Shown: piece by piece, positions 21,647-29,404 of the stretch
How positions within the stretch are numbered: position 1 is the stretch's first letter
How the letters are laid out: the number at the start of each line of letters is the position of its first letter
From: Treponemataceae bacterium
Lineage (GTDB): Bacteria > Spirochaetota > Spirochaetia > Treponematales > Rectinemataceae
Reading direction: 5' to 3'
Assembly: GCA_963667725.2 (NCBI GenBank)
Contig: CAXXHO010000005.1
Span: 288,001-352,000 of the forward strand
DNA: 64,000 bases
The notes under the pieces: model-generated
Database searches by the model: none
What the model saw: the letters and a program-made list of their open reading frames with translations, nothing else
What the model was told of the DNA's origin: nothing
Program-made: the position numbers and the translations under genes

Positions 21647-21664
21647 GCGCTCAACGCGTCCACG

Positions 21665-22762
21665 TCATTTCCTCACTCCGATATTGGAAACCATCTCCCC
21701 TGTCTTCCCCACGGCAATTTCCTGTACATCGGTGCCGGTCACGGAGAATCGGTATAGGGAATTGGCGCCGTCGGGAATATAGGCATAACCATCCAGGATA
21801 TCCACATCGTTCGAGCCGAATGACGCCGTCGCGCTGGTGACTTCGGAAGCCAAGGCGCTCGCCCCCGACAGATCGACGATGTAGGTCCTGGAATAGGTCG
21901 TCGCCACGAGAGTATCGCTGTCGAATGCGGCCAATCTTCCGGCGGAATAGCCCGACAGGACCGCCACGGCCGCGGTTCCATCCTCGGCATCGCTCGCGAT
22001 GAAGTCGATCGAGCCCGGAAGGCTGTTCCAGGACTCGTCATAGCCGCCTGAGTTCGCGACGAAGACACCAGTCTTGCCGCCGAAGCTGCCCGCTAGGAGT
22101 CCCGTAGTCCCAACGGCAGTCGTCGAGTAGATGGCGTCCACAGCCGTTCCCGCCGCATCAAGCCTGCAGACCTTGGCGTTGGCGTTGTCCGTCACATAGA
22201 CTCTCCCTGAGGCATAGACGATATCCTGCGGATAAAATCCCACAGGAAAGCCAGTGACCGCCGCACCAAGGCCGGAGGCCGGCCTGGACGGATCGAAGGG
22301 GTACACGGCGTTTGCGTACACGTTATAAAAGTCCGCAGTCGTTACATAGCCTAAGGTATTCGACACTACACAAGGATACTGGGCACTGGTATTCGTCGCG
22401 CCAACCATAGCCGCCGAAGGCGCTGACGAAGAGGCGTCGAAATAGTATAGCCCTGGCGCGGTATTGGAATAGCTTCCCACGGCGATAAAGCCGATATCGC
22501 CGGAGAACGCGATCTCGCCCGACGAATTCTGACCTATCGAAATGAGGGCTGTCGAAGCCGCGGTACAGGTAGTGTCGTCTATTTCATATACGTTGCCGTT
22601 CCTCGAGTCGACGACAAAGAGGTTCGCCGTCGAGCCCGTGCCCGGATTGTTGGCCGGGTTGGGACAGCTTGTCAGCAGGATCGCGACCAAAGCGACCCAA
22701 ACGATGCCCGTCGCCCATTTGCCCGTTCGCCCAAGCCATTTCATGAGATCCTTCGTTTTCAT
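21665..22762 (-). CDS. Beta-propeller lipoprotein (YncE/BtuG-like)
   Basis: Lipobox LLTSC; repeated propeller blades (LFVVDS, GFIAV, GYVTT, PQDIVYASGRVYVTD, VFVANSGGY, AYIPD); AAGGAG SD; directly after the receptor. Confidence 0.75.
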   Translation of the reverse strand: MKTKDLMKWLGRTGKWATGIVWVALVAILLTSCPNPANNPGTGSTANLFVVDSRNGNVYEIDDTTCTAASTALISIGQNSSGEIAFSGDIGFIAVGSYSNTAPGLYYFDASSSAPSAAMVGATNTSAQYPCVVSNTLGYVTTADFYNVYANAVYPFDPSRPASGLGAAVTGFPVGFYPQDIVYASGRVYVTDNANAKVCRLDAAGTAVDAIYSTTAVGTTGLLAGSFGGKTGVFVANSGGYDESWNSLPGSIDFIASDAEDGTAAVAVLSGYSAGRLAAFDSDTLVATTYSRTYIVDLSGASALASEVTSATASFGSNDVDILDGYAYIPDGANSLYRFSVTGTDVQEIAVGKTGEMVSNIGVRK

Positions 22763-22773
22763 AGAAACTCCTT

Positions 22774-24765
22774 TTATTTTTTAACAGTCCGGTACTCGAA
22801 ACCTAGTTCGATCGAAAGCCCCGGCATCGGATAACCTTTTACCGACTCATATCGCTCGTTCAGAAGATTTTTACCCTCGCAGAAGAACGACAGCCGATCG
22901 TTCAGAGACCATTCCAGCCTCGTCCCAAGCAGGAACACGGCCGGCTGGTAGGCCAAGTTGGCAGTGGTGAGATAGCTCAGGCTCTCGTAGGAGCAATTCA
23001 GCGATCCCTTGAAGGGACCCGACGCGTAGGCTCCCGTCGCGGTCAACTTGTTGGCGGGCGCTCCGGGCACCCGTTTGTCGTCGGAGAAGTCGAGGTCTCC
23101 CGAGAGGACATAGCTATGGAGGAAGCCATAGGAAAGCGAGAGCGTCCAAGGCGCCGCCGCGGATGTATATTCCAGCTCCAGGCCTGGATAAAAGGCATTG
23201 CCGAAATTGGTCGGCCGCCAGATTCCGTCGTCATTCTCCTGCCAAAGGATCACATCCTTCGAATACCGGACGAAGGTAGAGGCGGAAAAGGAGCGCACGC
23301 CCCTTTTCAGGCGGAATCCAGCGTCGGCACAGTATGACGTCTCCGGCTTGAGGTTCGGGTTTCCCTCGACGCCGCTCGACATTGGCCAATACAAATCATC
23401 GAAACTCGGCGCGCGATAGGCGGTGGATGCGGATACCGCGAAGGTAGCTTCCTCGCTCAGCGTTTTCGCGGCGCCAAGGCATAAGGACAGCCCGGAAGCA
23501 AAGTCGCTGGTCCAATCCCAGCGCAGCGCCGGCGTCAACGTCCAGGAGCCGAGGACGATCGAAGGCTCAAAGAAAACGCCTGAGCCGATCCTTTCGGGGA
23601 TGGAGTCCTCGGCGCTTTTCACGACTGTCGAATCGAGCCGCTCATAGCGGGTCGATATGCCCGCGTTGATTGTCGCGAACCTTCCTGCCAATAGCGACCA
23701 ATGCGCATCGCCGCCAATTCTGGAGCTCCTATGGACATCGGACGCATCGTCGTCGGCCTCGCTATACTCCAAAATGGCAAAACGGCCGTAGCCGTTCGCC
23801 TTGAGCGAGGATAGATCCGACATGAAATAGTCGGTCGCGTAGTCGGCGGAGAAGGATGCGTCGAGGTCGCGCTGACGAGCTTCGGGAGTAGGAGAATCTA
23901 TGGGACCGGGCACACCGAGGGTTCTCGCCCCAAGCGCCGCCGCGGCCTTGACCTCGCCCTCCCCGACGAATCCTTTCCAGGACAAGGTACCCGAGCCGCG
24001 CAGAAGGTCGGCGTTGCTCCGAAGCCGTCGCGCGTAGTTGGCGTCATAGTAGAGATAGGCGTTCGACGAGCGCTCGGCTGAGGCGGTCAGAGCAATGCCG
24101 CCAGGCAGTCCAGCTCTAAAGGAGAGGCTCTGTCCGTCAATGAGAGAAAGTAGGGAAGCCGGAACCCCGACAGCGCCAGCGCCGGATCCGGACAGGCTCG
24201 TCGCGGGAAGATAGGCTTTGTTCGATGCCTTGAGCGAAAAACCGGCGGAAGAGTCTCCTCGCTTGGTCTCGATGATGACGACACCGCCCACGGCGTCGGC
24301 ACCGTACTGGGCGACAACGCCTCCCCGCACCACTTCGATAGATTCGATATCGTCGAGAGAAAGCCCCAGCCTGGCAAGATCCACCTGCCCAGTCGCGGGA
24401 TCGGAGACGCGCACGCCGTCGACGAGGACGAGGACCTGAGTTGACGTGGAGCCGCGAAGGGAAACCGTGGATTGCGCCCCCGAAGAGCCCACCGGCGACA
24501 CAATGAGGCTGGGCATGACGGCGAGGGCCTCCTCGATAGAGGATAGCCCCATAGCCTTAAGCTCCTCCGATGTGTACTCGGTACGCCCTGCCGCAGGAGC
24601 CGGCTTTATCTGCGGAGCGACATCGGTGACCACCTGCGGAGGCAGCTCATAGGGATCGGCTCCGGCTGGCAGGCTCGCCGCGAGGGCAAGGAAGCACCAT
24701 GCGAGAGAAAGCCCCGATAACCTGGCATGCCAAAGCCACCTGAAAACATTGAAGCGCGTCGCCAT
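22774..24765 (-). CDS. btuB: TonB-dependent receptor, putative cobalamin transporter BtuB
   Basis: TonB box ELPPQVVT; plug domain (SLRGS..TQVLVLVDGV, IESIEVVRG...YGADAVGGVVIIETK); AYRAPSFDDLYW, GNPNLKPE, NLLNERYE..GYPMPG; GGAGG SD; downstream of a B12 riboswitch. Confidence 0.88.
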   Translation of the reverse strand: MATRFNVFRWLWHARLSGLSLAWCFLALAASLPAGADPYELPPQVVTDVAPQIKPAPAAGRTEYTSEELKAMGLSSIEEALAVMPSLIVSPVGSSGAQSTVSLRGSTSTQVLVLVDGVRVSDPATGQVDLARLGLSLDDIESIEVVRGGVVAQYGADAVGGVVIIETKRGDSSAGFSLKASNKAYLPATSLSGSGAGAVGVPASLLSLIDGQSLSFRAGLPGGIALTASAERSSNAYLYYDANYARRLRSNADLLRGSGTLSWKGFVGEGEVKAAAALGARTLGVPGPIDSPTPEARQRDLDASFSADYATDYFMSDLSSLKANGYGRFAILEYSEADDDASDVHRSSRIGGDAHWSLLAGRFATINAGISTRYERLDSTVVKSAEDSIPERIGSGVFFEPSIVLGSWTLTPALRWDWTSDFASGLSLCLGAAKTLSEEATFAVSASTAYRAPSFDDLYWPMSSGVEGNPNLKPETSYCADAGFRLKRGVRSFSASTFVRYSKDVILWQENDDGIWRPTNFGNAFYPGLELEYTSAAAPWTLSLSYGFLHSYVLSGDLDFSDDKRVPGAPANKLTATGAYASGPFKGSLNCSYESLSYLTTANLAYQPAVFLLGTRLEWSLNDRLSFFCEGKNLLNERYESVKGYPMPGLSIELGFEYRTVKK

Positions 24766-24871
24766 GGAAGGCCTCCGAAGTTCTCGAGGCCCGAACGCGC
24801 GGCGGCTAAAACACGCCACGCCACTGTCATGGTGCTCACCCAGCGATCGACGCTAAAACGCGAAAGAAGGC

Positions 24872-24889
24872 CGACGCCGATCGGCGTCG
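24872..24889 (-). terminator. Candidate riboswitch expression-platform hairpin
   Basis: Perfect palindrome CGACGCCGATCGGCGTCG followed by a pyrimidine-rich tract on the minus strand. Confidence 0.45.
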
Positions 24890-24963
24890 AAAAAGGAGGG
24901 GAAAACACTGTTGTTCCTCAGGCCACGAAGTTTTGCCCATAGGATGAAAATCCCATGAGCCGC

Positions 24964-25132
24964 CGCAGGGTGGTATCCTGGCTTCCGGATCATCTATTGC
25001 CGCCGACGCCTTCTCGCAATCCTCTCGAATCGCAATGGCCGCTCTCCCTCAAGGAGAGCATGTCGGGCATATCCCCGGTTACAGTGGCGGGACCGCTACG
25101 GATTTTCACCGTATTCCTCGGATCCCTGAAGC
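24964..25132 (-). ncRNA. Cobalamin riboswitch 2 (upstream of btuB)
   Basis: Minus strand: GAGGAATACGGTGAAAATCCGTAGCGGTCCCGCCACTGTAA...GCCATTG...GAGAAGGC...GAAGCCAGGATACC. Promoter TTGACA-N17-TAGTAT at 25167-25139. Confidence 0.92.
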
Positions 25133-25192
25133 GTTTTTATACTAGGATACAAGGCGAAAACTGTCAACCTCGCCGCGCTTAACCGGGCCGGT

Positions 25193-25930
25193 TCAACGGA
25201 TCAAGGCGCACTTGCCCAGCCGACGCGCCGCCTCCGCAAGCGCCCGTACATTGTCCGGCGCTGGAGGGGATACATCATTCCAGGCTGGATCGAGACAGTT
25301 GCCCTGCGCGAAGGGCGCGAAGAACCAAGGAACGCCAGCGGATAACAACGGCGCCAATTCCTTCACCGTATCCGTATCGAAGAACCCCGGGCAAACCACG
25401 CTGCGCACTTCAAAAGGGATCCTCCGCTCGGCCAGAAGGCGCAGGCTTCGGAGGATAGCGGGGAAAGGATCCCCGCCGCCCGCAGGCGTAAGCCTCTTAT
25501 AGCCTGTAGCGCTGGTCTTAAGGTCCAGCGCTACATAGTCGGGTCTCGTACTCTCCCCAGCCAGCAGTATTTCCAGACTCCCGGGAAGAGATCCATTCGT
25601 ATCGAGCTTTACCGGTAGCCCCATATCATGGATACGGCCGATAACCGATCCGATATTCCCGTATAACAAGGGTTCGCCGCCCGAGATGACAACGCCTTGA
25701 ATGCGCTCCTTTCTTCGCTCAATCGCCTCCAGGCACTCATCCAGAAGCGGCAAATCCTCTGCGATGCCTAGCGCCAGCTCGCGGTTATGGCACCAGGGAC
25801 AGCGTAAATTGCAGCCTGTGAAGAATAGCACGCTCGCCACTTTGGCCGGATAATCGACGAGCGATGTTTTTCTGAACCCCACATGTTGATTGACCGCTAA
25901 GCTTTCAGACATGTTCAGGAACCGAACCAA
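25193..25930 (-). CDS. nrdG: Anaerobic RNR activating radical SAM enzyme
   Basis: TSLVDYP, GCNLRCPWCHN, SGGEP, KLDTNGS; overlaps nrdD. True start may be a few codons downstream. Confidence 0.9.
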   Translation of the reverse strand: MVRFLNMSESLAVNQHVGFRKTSLVDYPAKVASVLFFTGCNLRCPWCHNRELALGIAEDLPLLDECLEAIERRKERIQGVVISGGEPLLYGNIGSVIGRIHDMGLPVKLDTNGSLPGSLEILLAGESTRPDYVALDLKTSATGYKRLTPAGGGDPFPAILRSLRLLAERRIPFEVRSVVCPGFFDTDTVKELAPLLSAGVPWFFAPFAQGNCLDPAWNDVSPPAPDNVRALAEAARRLGKCALIR

Positions 25931-28403
25931 GCATGGCTATCAATGTCTTAACAGTGGAGCAACGGGCAATTTCCTCACCTTTTTGATCGAGAAACAGAAC
26001 CGTTGGGGTAGAACAGATGGAGTGCCTCGCGGCCAAGGCTAAGCCATCGACACTATCTGCATCGATCTCCGAGTATTTAAGGCGCGATGCAAGAGCCTTC
26101 TTAACAGGAGGGCAATTGGGACAAGTCCTTCGGGAGAATAACAGCGCGGAAACTGCGCGATGGTCCGCTGCGCGATGGTCCACGGCGCGAAGATCTGTGG
26201 CACGATGGTCAATCTCATGGACATTCGCGTCGTCAGGCGCCGGCGTCGTCCCGATGTTGAAAAGCACCCTTTCCCCATATTCCTCACGCTTGCCGGCGTT
26301 CCAGTTCTTCACCGAACGGTAATACCCCACAATCCTGCTGTAGACCTCGGCCGGCGAGCCGCATTCAGGACAGGTGAAATGCTCTCCGTTCAGGTAGCCA
26401 TGTGTCGGACAGATCGAAAAGGTGGGAGAAATCGTGAAATAGGGGATCCGATACTTCGCGGCGATCGTGCGGACAAGGGAAGCACATGCCTTCCAATCGC
26501 CGATGGCCTCTCCCAGGAAAGCGTGGAATACCGTGCCGCCTGTATAGGCGCCCTGCAGTTTTTCCTGCATATCGAGGGCGTCGAAAATATCCTCAGTCTG
26601 CCCAACGGGCAGCTGCGTCGAATTCGTATAGTACGGCTCGTCCTTTCCCGCGACGATGATATCCGGATAGCGTTCCTTGTCATGCCTGGCCAAGCGGTAC
26701 GACGTCGACTCCGCGGGCGTCGCCTCGAGGTTAAAAAGCTCGCCCGTCTCCACCTGATAATCAGCCAGCCTTCCCTTCATGTGGTTGAGTACCTTGAGCG
26801 AAAAATCGCGGCCGTAGGGAGTAGCCGTCGTCACCTCGGGCGAGAAAAAGTTTCGCAGGCACTCATTCATCCCAACGAGGCCGATCGTGTTGAAATGGTT
26901 GTCGAAGGATTTCAGGTAGCGTTTGGTGAAGGGGAAAAGCCCCGCGTCGAGAAGTCGCTGGATCACTTTCCGCTTTATGACGAGGCTCTCCTTAGCTAGA
27001 TCCATGAGGGCGTCGAGGCGTTCGAAGAAATCGCCCTCGCCGCGGGCGAGATAGCCGATCCTCGGTAAGTTTATGGTCACGACACCGATGGACCCGGTGA
27101 GTTCGTCAGCCCCGAAGAGGCCTCCTCCCTTTTTCCGTAGTTCGCGCCTGTCCAGCTGAAGCCTGCAGCACATGCTCCGGACATCGCCCGGGTTGAGGTC
27201 GGAATTCACGAAGTTCTGGAAGTAGGGGGTGCCATATTTGGCGGTCATTTCGAAGAGAAGGGCCGCGTTGGGAGCGTCCCAGTCGAAATTCTTCGTGATG
27301 TTGTAGGTTGGGATCGGGTACTGAAAACCTCGCCCCGAGGCATCGCCGGCCAGCATGAGTTCTATGAACACCCTGTTAATTCGTTCCATCTCAGCAGCGC
27401 AATCACCATAGGTGAAATCCATTTCCCTTCCGCCAACGACGGCCGGTTTTTCCGCAAGATCCTCGGGCGGTGTCCAATCCAGCGTAATATTGGTGAAAGG
27501 AGCTTGGCTGCCCCAACGGGAAGGTGTGTTCACGCCAAAGATGAAACTTTGAAGCCCCTGTCGTATCTCCGCGTCGCTCAAGGTATCGGCTTTAACGAAG
27601 GGTGCCAGGTACGTGTCAAAAGAAGAAAAAGCCTGGGCGCCGGCCCACTCGTTCTGTAGGACGCCGAGAAAGTTAACCATCTGGTTCGCCAGGGTGGATA
27701 AATGCGACGCCGGCATCGAGGAGATTTTATCCGGAACACCGCCCAGCCCTTCCCGAATAAGATCCCGAAGCGACCAGCCGGCGCAGTAGCCGGAAAACAT
27801 GGAAAGATCGTGGATATGGAAATCGGCGCTCATGTGGGCGTCGGCGATTTCTTTGGGATAGATACGCTTAAGCCAGTAATTGGCGGTAACCGCGCCCGAA
27901 TTGTGGAGGATGAGCCCGCCGAGAGAAAAGTTGACATTGGCGTTTTCGTTCACGCGCCAGTCGGACTGGCTGAGATAGCCATCCATGGTCGCCGAAATGT
28001 CCAGCATGAGCTTCTTTGCGTCACGGATAGCATCGTGTCGCGCCCTATACAGGATATAGGCTTTCGCGACCTCGGTCTCCCTCTGTTCTATGAGGACCGT
28101 CTCGACGATATCCTGGATTTCCTCAATCGCCGGGATCGAATGGGGGTGCCTTTCCCACATGAGCGCCCGTATCTTTTCCTCGACAAGGTCGGTATAGTGC
28201 CGTGCCTTCGCTTGGGTCCCGGGATCCGCTCCAGGGGCGGAATCTCCGGCTGCCGAACCCGTAGCGAGAAAAGCCTTGCTTATCGCGGCCTCTATTTTCT
28301 TCCGGTCATAACGATCGACATTCCCCGAACGCTTGACGATATGCCTCAACATTGGCTCTGACGGCCGAACGGCTTCCGGATCGAACATGGTAGTAACAGT
28401 CAT
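25905..28403 (-). CDS. nrdD: Class III ribonucleotide reductase with N-terminal ATP-cone and C-terminal redoxin-like domain
   Basis: IVKRSG ATP cone with IEEIQDIVE; HIHDL; SMCCRL; EATPAES; CPTHG/CPECG; YSRIVGYY glycyl loop; then TCPNCP...ICSTPTVLF. Confidence 0.93.
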   Translation of the reverse strand: MTVTTMFDPEAVRPSEPMLRHIVKRSGNVDRYDRKKIEAAISKAFLATGSAAGDSAPGADPGTQAKARHYTDLVEEKIRALMWERHPHSIPAIEEIQDIVETVLIEQRETEVAKAYILYRARHDAIRDAKKLMLDISATMDGYLSQSDWRVNENANVNFSLGGLILHNSGAVTANYWLKRIYPKEIADAHMSADFHIHDLSMFSGYCAGWSLRDLIREGLGGVPDKISSMPASHLSTLANQMVNFLGVLQNEWAGAQAFSSFDTYLAPFVKADTLSDAEIRQGLQSFIFGVNTPSRWGSQAPFTNITLDWTPPEDLAEKPAVVGGREMDFTYGDCAAEMERINRVFIELMLAGDASGRGFQYPIPTYNITKNFDWDAPNAALLFEMTAKYGTPYFQNFVNSDLNPGDVRSMCCRLQLDRRELRKKGGGLFGADELTGSIGVVTINLPRIGYLARGEGDFFERLDALMDLAKESLVIKRKVIQRLLDAGLFPFTKRYLKSFDNHFNTIGLVGMNECLRNFFSPEVTTATPYGRDFSLKVLNHMKGRLADYQVETGELFNLEATPAESTSYRLARHDKERYPDIIVAGKDEPYYTNSTQLPVGQTEDIFDALDMQEKLQGAYTGGTVFHAFLGEAIGDWKACASLVRTIAAKYRIPYFTISPTFSICPTHGYLNGEHFTCPECGSPAEVYSRIVGYYRSVKNWNAGKREEYGERVLFNIGTTPAPDDANVHEIDHRATDLRAVDHRAADHRAVSALLFSRRTCPNCPPVKKALASRLKYSEIDADSVDGLALAARHSICSTPTVLFLDQKGEEIARCSTVKTLIAMLGSVPEHV
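26152..26211 (-). repeat. Four 15-bp imperfect tandem repeats encoding xD(H/L)RA in the NrdD linker
   Basis: ACTGCGCGATGGTCC GCTGCGCGATGGTCC ACGGCGCGAAGATCT GTGGCACGATGGTCA. Confidence 0.85.
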
Positions 28404-28416
28404 AATAAACGTCTCC

Positions 28417-28463
28417 CTACTACATATTGTGGTACAGTTGTTTTACTACACAATATAATGGGA
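28417..28463. promoter_or_regulatory. Tandem NrdR boxes
   Basis: CTACTACATATTGTGG (28417-28432) and ACACAATATAATGGGA (28448-28463) match acaCwAtATaTwGtgt, 31 bp apart, immediately upstream of nrdD. Confidence 0.85.
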
Positions 28464-28554
28464 TTAATATTTGTACAAGACAAAATCGCTTGATCTATAC
28501 GTCTACATTTCCGGAGGATGTGTTTTTATTCGGCTATCCCGGTGACAAAAGCGA

Positions 28555-29337
28555 TTATAAGACGTCAACCCGGCACCAGCGGGTAAAGCCTCTCGCGACA
28601 ACCTCCCCACCCCTCGTCAGGAGGGAAAGCTTGCCGCCTGAAGCCTCGTCGTCATTCCAGAATGCCGCGACTTCCTCGCCCAGCTTCACTTCGGACACGA
28701 AATCGACCTTCAGCCTGGAAAGGCGCCCGGAACCGCGCTCCTCCATGGGGATAGCGTCGCAGAGCCAGTTGATGAAATGGGCATTGTTGACATGACCGTT
28801 ATAGTCTATATGGCGATTCCCCACGTTCAGCCTGAAAGACTCGGCCCAGCCGTCGGAGAGGCCTCCGGAAAAACCGGCGAAGCCCTCGAGATGCTGTATT
28901 CCCGTCGAAAGATCGGGATAGGGCGCGGGAAGGTCGGCCTTCATGGCGGGATCGAGGAGGCGTTCGGGCCGCAGCGGCCTGCGCTTTTCCATATCGACGA
29001 TCATGTAATCATAGAGGGCGCCCGCCAGGCGCTTGCCCAGCGCCGAATACATTTCGATATAGCGGAGGGCGAAAATGCGATCGGTGCCCGCCGGCCAGGT
29101 GCGCAAAAGGATCTCGTCGCCCTCGCGCGGAAGGTCTTCGATTTCGATATCGATGCGGGAGAGCATCCAGGTCTGGCCCTTGGCGAACATGGCGCCCATG
29201 CCGACTCCGAGCTCGTAGGCGTGATTGCCCGCGATTTCCTGAAAGTAATTGGCCAGCGCCAGCGGGCTGAAAGGCCCACCATAGCCGCAGTCGTATCCCC
29301 ATATTTTGTGTTTCGTCTCGTACGGTTGAACTGACAT
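28555..29337 (-). CDS. Acyl-ACP thioesterase
   Basis: LANYFQEIAGNHA, WMLSRIDIEI, RRPLRP, IDYNGHVNNAHF. Confidence 0.88.
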   Translation of the reverse strand: MSVQPYETKHKIWGYDCGYGGPFSPLALANYFQEIAGNHAYELGVGMGAMFAKGQTWMLSRIDIEIEDLPREGDEILLRTWPAGTDRIFALRYIEMYSALGKRLAGALYDYMIVDMEKRRPLRPERLLDPAMKADLPAPYPDLSTGIQHLEGFAGFSGGLSDGWAESFRLNVGNRHIDYNGHVNNAHFINWLCDAIPMEERGSGRLSRLKVDFVSEVKLGEEVAAFWNDDEASGGKLSLLTRGGEVVARGFTRWCRVDVL

Positions 29338-29404
29338 TATCAGACACTATATCAATATCCCACAACATGTGAAAGTCGCGTTATACTGTGGGCAGAGGTG
29401 ACAG

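Noticed and set aside
20696..26211. Short tandem repeats as a CRISPR array
   Set aside because: 7-bp and 15-bp units without spacers; no cas genes in the window.
17300..28550. Mobile genomic island covering the metal/B12/nrd block
   Set aside because: Composition looks slightly less GC-rich by eye, but no mobility genes or boundary repeats were found, so it cannot be supported without comparative genomes.
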